Shown piece after piece: positions 29,099 to 39,524 of a stretch of 64,000 bases of DNA; within the stretch, counting starts at the first letter, position 1; the number at the start of each line of letters is the position of its first letter. Made by a program: the position numbers and the translations under genes. The notes under the pieces were generated by a model. That model was not told where the DNA came from and ran no database searches. It was given only the letters and a program-made list of their open reading frames with translations. This stretch comes from a virus (taxonomy: Duplodnaviria; Caudoviricetes): the IMG/VR virus record IMGVR_UViG_2974528200_000001, positions 1 through 64,000 of that record; one strand, given 5' to 3'.

Positions 29099-30018
29099 GT
29101 TTTCGCAGGATCTACGGCCTGGACTGGTCGGAAAACGGCTGGCGCATGTGCAACTCGGACGAGACCGTCGTTGTCGATGTAGCCGGCATGCGGGTTCGTG
29201 TCCGAGCCGGATACGCCGCAGAGGTTCTCGGTGCATGGATGCGCTGGTACCACGAGAACGTCGAGCGTGTCGACCTGTACAAGCCCCTCGACGACTGGGG
29301 TTGGTCGGCCACCAATGACGTGGCCAGTTCAAACCACCTGTCGGGTACCGCGATCGACATCAATGCCACCCAGTACCCCTGGGGTGCGCGCGTCATGCCG
29401 GCGGCACGCAAGGCCAAGATTCGCGAGGGCCTCAAGCTCTTCGAGGGCAACATCTTCTGGGGTGCGGACTGGTCGCGAGCCGACGAGATGCACTACCAGC
29501 TCAACAGTGGAACCGCCAGTGGCACCGGCGCTTCCCAGAAACTCATCGACTTCTGCAACCGGCGGATCCGAAACGGACGCCTGGTTGCTGAGCAACCACA
29601 CAAGGAGGACGGCCTCATGGCTGAGATTTCGAAGGACGACGCCACCAAGATCGTCGGAGCAGCAATTCAGATGGGCGAGGCCCACAACAGCAATGGCGCG
29701 AAGAACGCGGACGACCGAACCGTCGGCCCGCGCGAACTTCGCCACCCCGACTTCTACAACGTGGCTGGCAACGAACGCCTGCGCAAGGCGGGCAAGAAGC
29801 TCGCCTACATCCGCGCGATGCTCATGGACGTCTGGAACGAGCTCGTCTTCGACGGCTACGTCGCCGAAGTCCACGACCCGCGGCTCGACCAGGGCAAGTT
29901 CGGTTCCCCGGTTGGCTTCATCATCGCCGCCCACGCCAACGCGCGCGAGGCAAACCTCATCGCACAGCGCGTCGCCGAGAAGCTCGGCGTCGACATCTCC
30001 GACATCACCAAGGACTGA
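29095..30018 (+). CDS. Endolysin, M15-family zinc peptidase plus C-terminal domain
   Basis: SENGW, SNHLSGTAID, DEMHY motifs. Confidence 0.88.
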   Translation: MSFRRIYGLDWSENGWRMCNSDETVVVDVAGMRVRVRAGYAAEVLGAWMRWYHENVERVDLYKPLDDWGWSATNDVASSNHLSGTAIDINATQYPWGARVMPAARKAKIREGLKLFEGNIFWGADWSRADEMHYQLNSGTASGTGASQKLIDFCNRRIRNGRLVAEQPHKEDGLMAEISKDDATKIVGAAIQMGEAHNSNGAKNADDRTVGPRELRHPDFYNVAGNERLRKAGKKLAYIRAMLMDVWNELVFDGYVAEVHDPRLDQGKFGSPVGFIIAAHANAREANLIAQRVAEKLGVDISDITKD

Positions 30019-30024
30019 CATCAC

Positions 30025-30432
30025 ATGAATCTGTTCAACATTCGCTCCTGGTCCGACGTCCGGGCATTCCTCTATGTCATCCTGCCGGTACTGAGCTCGT
30101 TCCTGGTCACCAATGGCACCCTCACCGAGAACGAGGCATCCCTGTGGACTGGTCTGGTCACCGCGATCCTTGGGCCGGTGATCGCCTTCGCCATGACCCG
30201 CGGTGTGAGCGGCTTCCGAACAGCGTTCTATGCGCTGCTCGGTGCCGGCCAGGCACTACTCGTCGGCTACGGCATCTGGACCGGCGCTGAGCTCGATGCC
30301 TGGATGCCACTGATCTCAACCCTCATCGGCGCTGGCGCTGGCGGTGTGGCCGTTTCGAACACCCCGGTCACCACGCTGTTCAGCCACGGTCAGCTCGAGG
30401 CTGAGGCTGAGAAGGCACCTGTAGTCAGGTGA
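30025..30432 (+). CDS. Holin
   Basis: Four hydrophobic segments directly after lysins. Confidence 0.75.
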   Translation: MNLFNIRSWSDVRAFLYVILPVLSSFLVTNGTLTENEASLWTGLVTAILGPVIAFAMTRGVSGFRTAFYALLGAGQALLVGYGIWTGAELDAWMPLISTLIGAGAGGVAVSNTPVTTLFSHGQLEAEAEKAPVVR

Positions 30433-30731
30433 GCGCGTGGGCACCCGAGACGTGGAACGACGTAGGCGTCGTTGCCTTCATGATCGTTGTTCTCGGGTTC
30501 CATGCACTCAGCTTCATCCGCGGATGGCTGGTGCTGGGCCCGAGCCACAAGGAGATTGTCTCCGAGAAGGACCGAGCCCTCACCAAGGCCGATGCCCTGA
30601 TCGAGAAGCTCACCGAAACCAACGCCATTCAGGCGCAGACGATCGCCGAGGCTGCTGCTCGAGCACAGGTCACCGACCATGTGCTGCAGTCAATTCGGGA
30701 TGTGTACGAACGGCGAATGGGTGATTCATGA
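30429..30731 (+). CDS. Membrane protein (lysis cassette)
   Basis: One TM segment, RGWLV motif, coiled coil. Confidence 0.7.
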   Translation: MSAWAPETWNDVGVVAFMIVVLGFHALSFIRGWLVLGPSHKEIVSEKDRALTKADALIEKLTETNAIQAQTIAEAAARAQVTDHVLQSIRDVYERRMGDS

Positions 30732-30943
30732 GGTCCCCATTCCGTCGCGATCATCGCGAACTGGCTGCAGCCAAGCAGCAGGCCGACAAGTACGAAGAGG
30801 CTGAGAAGCGGGCCGAACTCGAGCTCGCACGAGCCGAGGCGGTCCACGTGGAGACCCGCAAAACCAATGAGCGGATCCGCCGCGCACACCTAGAGAAGAA
30901 CGGCTTCACCGAGATGCTCCAAGCCGCATGGGGGACAGCATGA
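30728..30943 (+). CDS. Small coiled-coil protein (lysis cassette)
   Basis: Coupled ORF ending NGF.E. Confidence 0.65.
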   Translation: MRSPFRRDHRELAAAKQQADKYEEAEKRAELELARAEAVHVETRKTNERIRRAHLEKNGFTEMLQAAWGTA

Positions 30944-31359
30944 GACGCCTAGACCCCACCTCCTGGCTGGTTTCCGCGTACACGTGGATCCTCGTCCTGG
31001 CCCTGTCTCAGTTCATGCCGACCGACTCGGTGCGCGCCTGGGGCGACATCTCCCTGGTGGTGATGACCATCATGGTCGTGACCTTCACCGTGTTCTACGC
31101 CACCCGATCCCCGTTCTGGAAGAACAGGATTGGCTGGATCTTCATGGCCAAGGGACTGTTCCTGTCCGCGGTCCTCGCTCAGGTTTCCATGTCCGTAGTG
31201 TCATCCACCGGCCCTGGCGCGGACTACTACCCAGGTCGCGACTATGTCCGACTCTTCATCTACGCCGGCGGTGCCATTGCATACGCAGTGATGCTCGCCG
31301 CACTGCTGCACATGCAGCGACGTGACCGCATCATCCATCGCCTCCACAAGGATAGCTAA
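30940..31359 (+). CDS. Multi-pass membrane protein (second holin-like)
   Basis: Four TM segments; RSPFW.N.IG. Confidence 0.7.
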   Translation: MRRLDPTSWLVSAYTWILVLALSQFMPTDSVRAWGDISLVVMTIMVVTFTVFYATRSPFWKNRIGWIFMAKGLFLSAVLAQVSMSVVSSTGPGADYYPGRDYVRLFIYAGGAIAYAVMLAALLHMQRRDRIIHRLHKDS

Positions 31360-32438
31360 TGCCCTCCTACAATGACCTTTTCGGTGACCCGGTAGACGTT
31401 CTGCACCCTGCCATTCGTGTCTACGCAGTCGACGACAACGAAGACCTGCCGCTGCGTCATATCTCCATCTCGGTAACGCCGGGGGAGGGGATCATGGAGC
31501 TTCCCCGCGGCCAGAAGGGCGATCCGGGCCAGAAGGGCGAGCCGGCCACCCCGTTCCTGCACATGGGTGACCGCAGCGCATCGCACATCTCGGCACTGCA
31601 GCTGGGCCCGGACGACGCCGGCAAGGCCTACCGCAACACCGACACCAACGACATGCACTACTGGTCGGGTAGCTACTGGGTGGTCTTCCAGGACGCATTC
31701 GGTGCCCAGGGGCCCGTCGGCCCTCCCGGTGCGATCACCTCAGTCTCCATCGAGCACCTCGACAAGGATGACGACCCGGTCGCGAGCATCACCGGATCAC
31801 CCGGCAACCAGAGCCTGCACCTCGGCATCCCCGCGATTCCCGGCCCCAAGGGCGACGTCGGTCCGTCTGCAGCCATCGAAACCGCCGCGGACTACGACAA
31901 CACCACCCAGCCTGAAGATGGCGCGGTTCTGACGTATAATGAAACTACGGGCCTCTGGTACCCCGGTGCCGGTCCGCAGGTTCGGCACTACTCGCTCCCG
32001 AGTGGCGCATTCTCCAACACTGGAGCCCAGCTCACCTCGAGCCACCAGCTTCTCGCCGAACTGCCGCTGGACCCGCTGCCGTTCGACACCGCGGTCTACG
32101 TCACCGGCCACTTCCTGATGAACCAGTTCAACACGTCGCAGATGGCCATCGAAGCCCGAGTCGGCGGAACCGGTGCATCAAGCGACGGCGTCACGGTCGC
32201 CAAGGGCATCGCACTTCCGGGCATCGGCGACCAGTTCATCACTCTGACACCACACTTCAGCACCAACGCGAGCCCGAACACGTCGACCGCCCCCAGTGGC
32301 TACGTCGGCATCATCCCCGCCAACCACACCGGCAATGCGGGCAAGATCTACGTCGTCGTCTCCCGAGTCGGCGGCATCGGCGCGTGGGAGGTCAAGGCTT
32401 CCCATGCCCAACTGTCCGTCCTTCGCCATCCCGCCTGA
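31359..32438 (+). CDS. Minor tail protein with collagen-like G-X-Y repeats
   Basis: GQKGDPGQKGEP, GAQGPVGPPG, GPKGDVG. Confidence 0.8.
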   Translation: MPSYNDLFGDPVDVLHPAIRVYAVDDNEDLPLRHISISVTPGEGIMELPRGQKGDPGQKGEPATPFLHMGDRSASHISALQLGPDDAGKAYRNTDTNDMHYWSGSYWVVFQDAFGAQGPVGPPGAITSVSIEHLDKDDDPVASITGSPGNQSLHLGIPAIPGPKGDVGPSAAIETAADYDNTTQPEDGAVLTYNETTGLWYPGAGPQVRHYSLPSGAFSNTGAQLTSSHQLLAELPLDPLPFDTAVYVTGHFLMNQFNTSQMAIEARVGGTGASSDGVTVAKGIALPGIGDQFITLTPHFSTNASPNTSTAPSGYVGIIPANHTGNAGKIYVVVSRVGGIGAWEVKASHAQLSVLRHPA

Positions 32439-32465
32439 CCTTTCTAGCCTCCAAGGAGATATTAG

Positions 32466-34274
32466 TTGAACGAGGACAATAAGCACCTCGTCAGTCAGAT
32501 CTTCGAGTGGCTCAACTTCAGTGATGACATCATTGATCTGCTCGAGTTCATCGGCGACCTGCAGGAGTGGGTCGAGGCTGTCCTGAGGGCTCTCGGTGGC
32601 AACTTCGGGCCCTTGTCGGCCCTGGTCAGCGAGCTGATTGAGAATGCACCGCCGCGGTGGGCGTGGATCGGAAACCTGGCCAACTGGAACCCGATCGGTG
32701 ATCTGATTGCCGGCCTGCAGACGATGCTCAACCAGATTGGTGAGATCGTCCGCGGTGTCATTGTCACCCCGATCAACAACATGGTGTCCAACTTCAAGGA
32801 CTGGTTCCTGGGGCTGGTCGGTTGGCAGAGCAACACGAGCAACAAGCACCAGGAGCTCACCAACATGGTGTGGCAGGGTGCAACCACCCAGCCCATCGAG
32901 GAGAACCTCACCGAACAGCAGGTCAAGGACGCCGTCGCGGCCCTCAAGGCACGCTCAGAAGCCTTGCAGCGCGAGAACGAACTCCGCTACTCGACCGCGG
33001 TTCCGTTGTGGCAGGGCCTGATTCCCGGTGGCGACGTCACCTGCGACGTCAATACCGTCAGCGTCCGCGACAACTGGAACATCGCCGTCAGCGGGTCGAG
33101 CGGCGGCACCGCGGCACACACACACTCCGCGGGTAGCTACTCGGTGGACCTTGCCCTCGGCAACGTCTCAGCCATCACCGCAAACGCCGACACGGCATAT
33201 GTCGGCCCGTTTGCCACCTTCCGCGCGCGCTCCGACGTGGGCCGTAACGTGGGCACCTTCCTGGCTCGCGGCCTCGGTTCCCTCACCGACGCACGGCTGA
33301 GTCTGTGGACCTATGACTACGAGAACGACCGCTGGATGTGTGTCCTCGTATCCAACAACTTCGTATCCCAAGTGGGCCTGGACTACGGCTGGGTTGATGC
33401 CACTTTCCCTGAGGAGTACACGCCGTCCGTGGGTGAACTCATGGGCGTCATGTGGACAGCCAGTGGCACCGGAAACATGATGGTGGCGTGCTCCTTTGGC
33501 TCCGGTGACGCCATCGGCAACTGGGCGATTCCGAAGTACCACAGCGTCCCCTACGGCACCACCGTGAATGTCGGCCTCACCAGCGCGCCGGCGCGCGGCT
33601 TGACGGTCACCCTCAACAGCAGCCAGCCCTGGCGTATCGGGCGCACCCCGTTCTGCCAGATCGCACCCGACCTCGGCCAGGTCGTCACCCCGCCACCCCA
33701 GTACTGGTTCGACGACTTCAACACCAACAACAGCGCCGCCTACACCCTTGGCGGTGGCGCGAAGCTCAAGAACGGCCAGTTCGCCTACAACGGTGGCGGC
33801 GACGGCGTTCAGTACATCATCTACAAGGGTCAGATGGCGACCGACAAGATGGCGGTCGAAGCAACCATCAGCGGCACGGGTGTTCCGACGAACCAGCTCC
33901 GCATGCACTGCACCACCAACGGCACCAGCGGCGTGTCCCTGGTCATCAACGGCACGGGCACCGGCAACAACAGCGCCATGCTCACGTATGTTTCCGCCTC
34001 TAATCCAGCCGGATTGACTGAAGTGAAGAGGGCTTCTGACAACCCGAACACCTACGGGCCGGGTCGCTGGCGAATCGAATTCGACCCCGACACGGTCACG
34101 TACACCATCACCAAGGGAGGCAACTTCATCCTGGACTGGGCTGACCCAACCAACCTCGCACAGCGTGGAAAGGGTAAGCGCACAGGCGGTCTCGGCATCC
34201 AGCACGCACTGTTCCTGAACGGTGGCACGTGGGATGACCTCCTCATCTACGACATCGACCAAGAAGTCGAATAA
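32466..34274 (+). CDS. Minor tail protein (putative receptor-binding)
   Basis: 602 aa; helical N-terminus, beta-rich C-terminal module (WFDDF). Confidence 0.75.
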   Translation: MNEDNKHLVSQIFEWLNFSDDIIDLLEFIGDLQEWVEAVLRALGGNFGPLSALVSELIENAPPRWAWIGNLANWNPIGDLIAGLQTMLNQIGEIVRGVIVTPINNMVSNFKDWFLGLVGWQSNTSNKHQELTNMVWQGATTQPIEENLTEQQVKDAVAALKARSEALQRENELRYSTAVPLWQGLIPGGDVTCDVNTVSVRDNWNIAVSGSSGGTAAHTHSAGSYSVDLALGNVSAITANADTAYVGPFATFRARSDVGRNVGTFLARGLGSLTDARLSLWTYDYENDRWMCVLVSNNFVSQVGLDYGWVDATFPEEYTPSVGELMGVMWTASGTGNMMVACSFGSGDAIGNWAIPKYHSVPYGTTVNVGLTSAPARGLTVTLNSSQPWRIGRTPFCQIAPDLGQVVTPPPQYWFDDFNTNNSAAYTLGGGAKLKNGQFAYNGGGDGVQYIIYKGQMATDKMAVEATISGTGVPTNQLRMHCTTNGTSGVSLVINGTGTGNNSAMLTYVSASNPAGLTEVKRASDNPNTYGPGRWRIEFDPDTVTYTITKGGNFILDWADPTNLAQRGKGKRTGGLGIQHALFLNGGTWDDLLIYDIDQEVE

Positions 34275-34283
34275 GGAAACACC

Positions 34284-34997
34284 ATGGCAGACATCACCTA
34301 TCAGCACGTCACCGCTGAGTGGACCCACCTCATTGAGGATGGCATGGTCGACCTCGACGGCAACCCGGATGAGGTCGGCGTCACCGGCAATGTGCGGTTC
34401 ATCCCCACGATCGACAAGAGCGCCCCGGCCTACCCGACGGGTGACCCGACTCGTTCGGTCACGCTGGCAGAGATTCCCGGTATCGTCGCCAATGGTGTTC
34501 TCGAGGACTCTCAGGGCCGCGAGGGCGTGTGGCTGGCTGCGACCATCGGTGGCCGTCCGATCCAGTGGACTGCACAGCTGAATCTGCGCCACAACAACAC
34601 GGTCATCAAGACCCGCGACATCACGTTCATGCCACCGGAATCTGGCACCGAGCTGCGCCTGAATGATGTCGCCGAGGACCCGGACATCGACTGGGGCGGC
34701 AACCGTCCCACGCCGCGTGTCGACATCAACCTGCCCACGATCGGCGACTATGTCTACACCTACACGCTGTCGACCGGCACCTTCGACCCGGACGCCGAAC
34801 TGTTCTACGTGTTCGGCCTTGACGACCCGACCCGCTGGGACTTCGACATCGACGAAGACGTGGCCAGCATCCACAAGGTGGGCACCGCCGTCGCTGAAAT
34901 CGAGGCCGGAACCCGATACTGGCTGATGCTCAAGGAATCCGTCACAGCCCCGACCATCGAACTCCAGACCGGCATCGTCAAGAAGGTGATGTTCTGA
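34284..34997 (+). CDS. Minor tail protein
   Basis: DG..D.DG.PD...TG.V.F.P motif of actinophage tail proteins. Confidence 0.72.
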   Translation: MADITYQHVTAEWTHLIEDGMVDLDGNPDEVGVTGNVRFIPTIDKSAPAYPTGDPTRSVTLAEIPGIVANGVLEDSQGREGVWLAATIGGRPIQWTAQLNLRHNNTVIKTRDITFMPPESGTELRLNDVAEDPDIDWGGNRPTPRVDINLPTIGDYVYTYTLSTGTFDPDAELFYVFGLDDPTRWDFDIDEDVASIHKVGTAVAEIEAGTRYWLMLKESVTAPTIELQTGIVKKVMF

Positions 34998-37117
34998 TGA
35001 AGCTCATCGGTTCTGACGGCAAGCACGTCAAGGTACTGACCAACCCGTCCGAGGCGCTCGACTTCGCGAAACACGGCTCGGCACAGTTCATTCCGGTTGA
35101 AGGCGTCCGCGGACCAGAGGGGCCAGCTGGGCCACAGGGTCCACCTGTGTCGGTGTCCATTGCCTCCCGTTCCGCCGACGCGCAGCCGACGACATACCCC
35201 GAGGGTATCTCCATTATGGAGGTTGGGAATGACGCCTCGTGGCCGGTGCAGTTTGCCACGGTGGAGACTGTTCGTTTTGGTGTTAACCGTTCGTTTCAGA
35301 CGATTGTTGAGCGGACGACCGCCAAGTCTTATCGCCGTACTCCGCAGGGTTCCGATAATGGTTGGAACGCTTGGGTCGAGTGGGGTGCTAAGGGCGATAA
35401 GGGCGATAAGGGCGATACGGGTAGCGTTGGTCTGACTGGTGCGACCGGCCCCGCGAACACGCTTAGCGTGGGCACTGTCGCTAAGGGCAGTGATGCTGTA
35501 GTTACGATTACTGGTTCGGCTCCGAATCAGGTTTTGAATGTGACGTTGCCTAAGGGCGATAAGGGCGATAAGGGCGATCAGGGTATCCAGGGCGTTAAGG
35601 GTGATCCGGGTGATGTGTCGTTGGCGCAGATGAACTCGGCGCTAGCGTTGAAAGCGAACGCTTACGAGAATGGCACCCTGCTTGTTGGCGGCAGCTATCA
35701 GGGTGCACTTTACACGCATCCGGAGAATGCGGCGTTTGTAAATATCCCGCACCTTTACAACGATTGGGCGTATTTGCTGAATCGTGGCGGGTCGGTTACG
35801 TTTACCCGCAATGGCGTTCCGGTCACGCCGAGCAATCCGCAGAACCTTTTTACCCCCGACGTAGGGGTATGTACCTTACCTGTCACTTCTACTAGCGACG
35901 TGTTTGTCATTGAAGTGACGCTGGATACGTCTTACCCATACACTAACATTGTTAGCTTGGTGTCCCCGTCGTGGATCAGCGCGAAGGATTGCAAGATCGA
36001 GTGGTTTCGATCTACTGATTCGACATGGGTTACGGCGCTGGATGCCACGAGTCGAGTTAACGGACTCTTTCAGGCCAATTGCTCTGCGAGTAGCGAGGGT
36101 ACGTCGAAGGTTAGGTTTACGCTCACTAATCTGATGACGACTAGTGGCCCGTTGCGTATTACGCAGATTGCAAACTCGGCTTACAATGGCAAGCTCGCGT
36201 CTGGCCCGTTTATTCCTAGGGGCGGCGGCACTCTCTATGGGCCGCTGTCTTACAGTTCCGATCCGGTTGCGGCTAATGATTTGGCACGTAAGAGCTATGT
36301 GGACACCCAAGTTCAGACTCGCGTCCCTAAGGCCACGGGCACGACCCGCGTGTATGTGCGTGACGGTAACGGTAACGAGAACACCATTGCGTACTCGGTT
36401 GATCCGACTGGGGATGCGATTGTGCGTCGTGGAGGGAACTCGCAGATTGCAGTGCCCCTTGTTCCTACTGCGGATAGTCACGCCACCCCTAAGAAGTATG
36501 TGGACGACCAGGTTGCTACTCGTCAGGTCGCCTCTGAGAAGGGGCAGGCTAACGGCTACGCATCTCTTGATGCTGGTGGCAAGGTTCCCATTACTCAGCT
36601 CCCGTCGTCGATCATGGAATACCAGGGCACCTACAACCCTGCAACGAACACTCCGAATCTGGTTGACGGAACCGGCAATACGGGCGACGTCTACAAGATT
36701 GCCACCGACGGCACCCGCAACTTCGGTTCGGGCAATATCGCCTTCAATGCCGGCGACTATGTCATCTATAATGGATCTAAGTGGGAGAAGTCGGACACCA
36801 CCGACGCCGTCACTTCGGTCGCCGGCAAGACGGGCGCGGTGTCTCTCGTCAAGGGTGACGTCGGTCTGGGTAACGTCGACAACACCAGCGACCTGAATAA
36901 GCCGATCTCGACGGCCACCCAAACAGCACTCGACGGCAAGGCCAACGCGAGTCACACGCACACCGCGGCAGACCTCCCCACCATCGAAAAGTCCAAGCTG
37001 TCCAGTGCGGTCCAGGCCTCACTCGACAAGGCCGACACCGCCAAGCAGGAGAGTGACATCATCTTCGGCCCATTGCCCGAGACCGGCGTGGCCGGCAAGC
37101 TCTACGTGGTGCCCTGA
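34997..37117 (+). CDS. Tail fibre-like protein
   Basis: KGDKGD collagen repeats, A.K.YVD repeats, VTSVAGKTGAV.L...DVGL.NVDNTSD. Confidence 0.8.
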   Translation: MKLIGSDGKHVKVLTNPSEALDFAKHGSAQFIPVEGVRGPEGPAGPQGPPVSVSIASRSADAQPTTYPEGISIMEVGNDASWPVQFATVETVRFGVNRSFQTIVERTTAKSYRRTPQGSDNGWNAWVEWGAKGDKGDKGDTGSVGLTGATGPANTLSVGTVAKGSDAVVTITGSAPNQVLNVTLPKGDKGDKGDQGIQGVKGDPGDVSLAQMNSALALKANAYENGTLLVGGSYQGALYTHPENAAFVNIPHLYNDWAYLLNRGGSVTFTRNGVPVTPSNPQNLFTPDVGVCTLPVTSTSDVFVIEVTLDTSYPYTNIVSLVSPSWISAKDCKIEWFRSTDSTWVTALDATSRVNGLFQANCSASSEGTSKVRFTLTNLMTTSGPLRITQIANSAYNGKLASGPFIPRGGGTLYGPLSYSSDPVAANDLARKSYVDTQVQTRVPKATGTTRVYVRDGNGNENTIAYSVDPTGDAIVRRGGNSQIAVPLVPTADSHATPKKYVDDQVATRQVASEKGQANGYASLDAGGKVPITQLPSSIMEYQGTYNPATNTPNLVDGTGNTGDVYKIATDGTRNFGSGNIAFNAGDYVIYNGSKWEKSDTTDAVTSVAGKTGAVSLVKGDVGLGNVDNTSDLNKPISTATQTALDGKANASHTHTAADLPTIEKSKLSSAVQASLDKADTAKQESDIIFGPLPETGVAGKLYVVP

Positions 37118-38628
37118 TGGCTATCAAGGTCCTACACAACGGCGACTATGTCGATCCGTCCCAGGTTCGTATCTGGGACGGGTCGGCTTTCGTTGCACCG
37201 CAGGCAATCTACGAGTGGGTGGCTGACGAGTTCATTAAGCGTTGGCCTGCTTCGATCACGTATCGGATGAACAAGGTTGGCGAGTCGCACGCATTCGCTT
37301 CCCAGGTTCCAGTGATCGGCTGGGAGAGTGATCCCACCGAACCGGGCATGATTCTGAGCGGCTTGCTGACAGGTAGTGGTGTTACGACGGTGGAGGTTTC
37401 GTTCAGCGTCCGTTCTGGTTCTGGCTACTACGGCTCTGTGTTGGTGAAGTTGGATGGGGTCACAATCATCACAATTGATGCCTACAACTTGTCCAGCTAT
37501 CAGGTTAAGACGGCTTCGTGGACTGGCATTGCGACTGAGGGCCAGCAGGTGACGGTTGAGACTTCTACGTCGCATGGTGTGGGCGTGAATGCTCCGAGTT
37601 TCGTGAAGGTGACTTCGGCTGTCCCGCACAAGGTTGTGTTGGCGGATGGCTTTGACCGTGCGGACACCAATCAGACTACTGGGCTGAGCAATGCTTGGTG
37701 GCATTTCAATAGCTACGCTGGTATTGAGTATCCGCGCATCGAGTCGCGCCGCCTGCGGGGGTCTGGCGGCGTATCTGCCGCGAACACCGGCAACGGGGCG
37801 GTAATGAAATCGCCTATGCCTGAGGGGAACTACTTCGTTCAGGCGTTGGCGCAGACGCTCCCCGTTCTAACGTCTAGCACCGAGCCTTGCGGCCTGATTA
37901 TTCGCGCAAATGAGTCCAGTAACCATTACAACAATTCCGCTGGCCCTGAGGCAATCTTCTGCGTCCTGTCTCAAACCCGTTGGCGGATTTATCGGCAGGC
38001 GACTGGGACCAATGGTGGTCCATCGGAAGTGCTGGCTACCGGCAACGGGAGCTTCACGTCCGGGGGCGTGATGCGCGCTGAGGTTGTTGGCGACCAACTG
38101 ACGTTTTCATATGGTGGCAATGTTCTCGGGTACGTGAGTATCGCCGGGAGGGGTTCGGGTCGCCAGGTCGGCATTTGCACTACCGGCGACACTCCCCGTC
38201 TTGATGATTTCGTGGCGGGCCAGTTGGGCACGCCTACGCTTTCACGTCAGCGTGCGAGCCAGACTGGCAGTATTGCCGATCCGGCTGGCAACAAGGTCAA
38301 GGTGTCCCCGCTGGTGTCTGATGCCACGTATCCCGCCAGTGTCACTGATGGGGTTATCCGTGTCTCGGGATCGGGTCGGGCGCACATCCAGTTGTCTGTT
38401 GGCGGCTCGGGCAACGTCTTCGGTGGCACCCGTGTGACTATCGAAAAGAACGGTGTCGCAATCGGTTACCTAGTCAACAGCAGCCATAGTACCGCCACTT
38501 CTGTTTGGATCTCGAACGTTGAGCTGAGCGCCGGTGACGAGTTGATCCTGTGGGCCACTCGAAACGCTATCGGCTCAATCTCTGGTCCGGTCAATAACGC
38601 GGTGGTTGATCTGATTCCAGCGCCGTAG
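37117..38628 (+). CDS. Minor tail / carbohydrate-binding protein
   Basis: Beta-rich, DGFDRAD motif; last gene of the structural operon. Confidence 0.72.
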   Translation: MAIKVLHNGDYVDPSQVRIWDGSAFVAPQAIYEWVADEFIKRWPASITYRMNKVGESHAFASQVPVIGWESDPTEPGMILSGLLTGSGVTTVEVSFSVRSGSGYYGSVLVKLDGVTIITIDAYNLSSYQVKTASWTGIATEGQQVTVETSTSHGVGVNAPSFVKVTSAVPHKVVLADGFDRADTNQTTGLSNAWWHFNSYAGIEYPRIESRRLRGSGGVSAANTGNGAVMKSPMPEGNYFVQALAQTLPVLTSSTEPCGLIIRANESSNHYNNSAGPEAIFCVLSQTRWRIYRQATGTNGGPSEVLATGNGSFTSGGVMRAEVVGDQLTFSYGGNVLGYVSIAGRGSGRQVGICTTGDTPRLDDFVAGQLGTPTLSRQRASQTGSIADPAGNKVKVSPLVSDATYPASVTDGVIRVSGSGRAHIQLSVGGSGNVFGGTRVTIEKNGVAIGYLVNSSHSTATSVWISNVELSAGDELILWATRNAIGSISGPVNNAVVDLIPAP

Positions 38629-38662
38629 GTAGGTAGGTACGGGGGTCAAGTCCAACGCCCGT

Positions 38663-39010
38663 CTAGCTCCCGTTGGCTTCCTCGAATGCTTCAACGATGC
38701 CTTCGGGGATCTTGCCACGGTCGGAGACGTCATACCCTTCGGCGCGGGCCCATTCGCGGATCTGCTTGAGTTGTTCGCGCCGGCCCAGTGAGGAGGCGGT
38801 GATGCGGGTGGACTGTTTGCGCCCGCCAACTCGGTTTGCGTGTTCAATCCACTTCTCGAGTGCTTTCTCGAACTTCATGACGTTGGATGTGCGCAGGTCG
38901 ATGACGTAGTCGACGCCGCGAAAGCTGAAGGGGACCGCGTTGGCGTCCCCGTCGTCGATGGGTCGCCCGTCGAGGTCGTCGAGTACGGATACGTGTGTTA
39001 CGCGTGCCAT
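38663..39010 (-). CDS. lsr2: Lsr2-like nucleoid-associated protein
   Basis: DDLDG...YVIDL dimerisation domain; IREWAR..GY.VSDRGKIP DNA-binding domain. Confidence 0.93.
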   Translation of the reverse strand: MARVTHVSVLDDLDGRPIDDGDANAVPFSFRGVDYVIDLRTSNVMKFEKALEKWIEHANRVGGRKQSTRITASSLGRREQLKQIREWARAEGYDVSDRGKIPEGIVEAFEEANGS

Positions 39011-39025
39011 TCTATTTCTCCTTCG

Positions 39026-39517
39026 CTAGGTCTTGACTAGCACTCTCAAGTAGTCGTTCGTGTTCTCGATCGCCGTGGTGGCAACCCAGTTGCAGTTACC
39101 TTGTCCGACGACGTGTTCGATTCTGTAGGGCCCAGTGTTCCACTCTTTGGTACCGCACTTGTCCCAGAATTCAACCCAGGCTCCCCAGGCTCGCAGTCCT
39201 GATGGATCCGCTATGGGGTTGGTGGGAAGTGACTCCAGCCGTTTGTCGAGTCGCTGGAATTTCTCGATCATCCATCGTGCTGTCATGTAGCAGTCTTGGA
39301 TGCCGGCTTCGCAAACTCCCTCGTCGAGCTTGTTCTGAATCGCCTCGCATGTGGTTCCACAGTCGGCGATGTAGGTCGGCGTCTGTGTTTCTGACGTCTC
39401 GGTCGTGTCTAGCACATAGTCGGCGAGCCAATACAGGCCACCCCCGAGTGCTGCCACCAGAGCCAGTGACGCGAACACAATGACGGCCTTCGCGGGCGTT
39501 CTGACCTGTCTATCCAT
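39026..39517 (-). CDS. Membrane-anchored Cys-containing protein, probably leaderless
   Basis: N-terminal TM segment; ATG at 39517 lies 7 nt from a TAACAT -10 box. Confidence 0.7.
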   Translation of the reverse strand: MDRQVRTPAKAVIVFASLALVAALGGGLYWLADYVLDTTETSETQTPTYIADCGTTCEAIQNKLDEGVCEAGIQDCYMTARWMIEKFQRLDKRLESLPTNPIADPSGLRAWGAWVEFWDKCGTKEWNTGPYRIEHVVGQGNCNWVATTAIENTNDYLRVLVKT

Positions 39518-39524
39518 GCAGCGC

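Noticed and set aside
28466-31359. Lysin B in the lysis cassette
   Set aside because: No cutinase/esterase-like ORF found in the window; it may lie elsewhere or be absent.
34997-38628. Diversity-generating retroelement acting on tail fibres
   Set aside because: No reverse transcriptase and no template/variable repeat pair seen.
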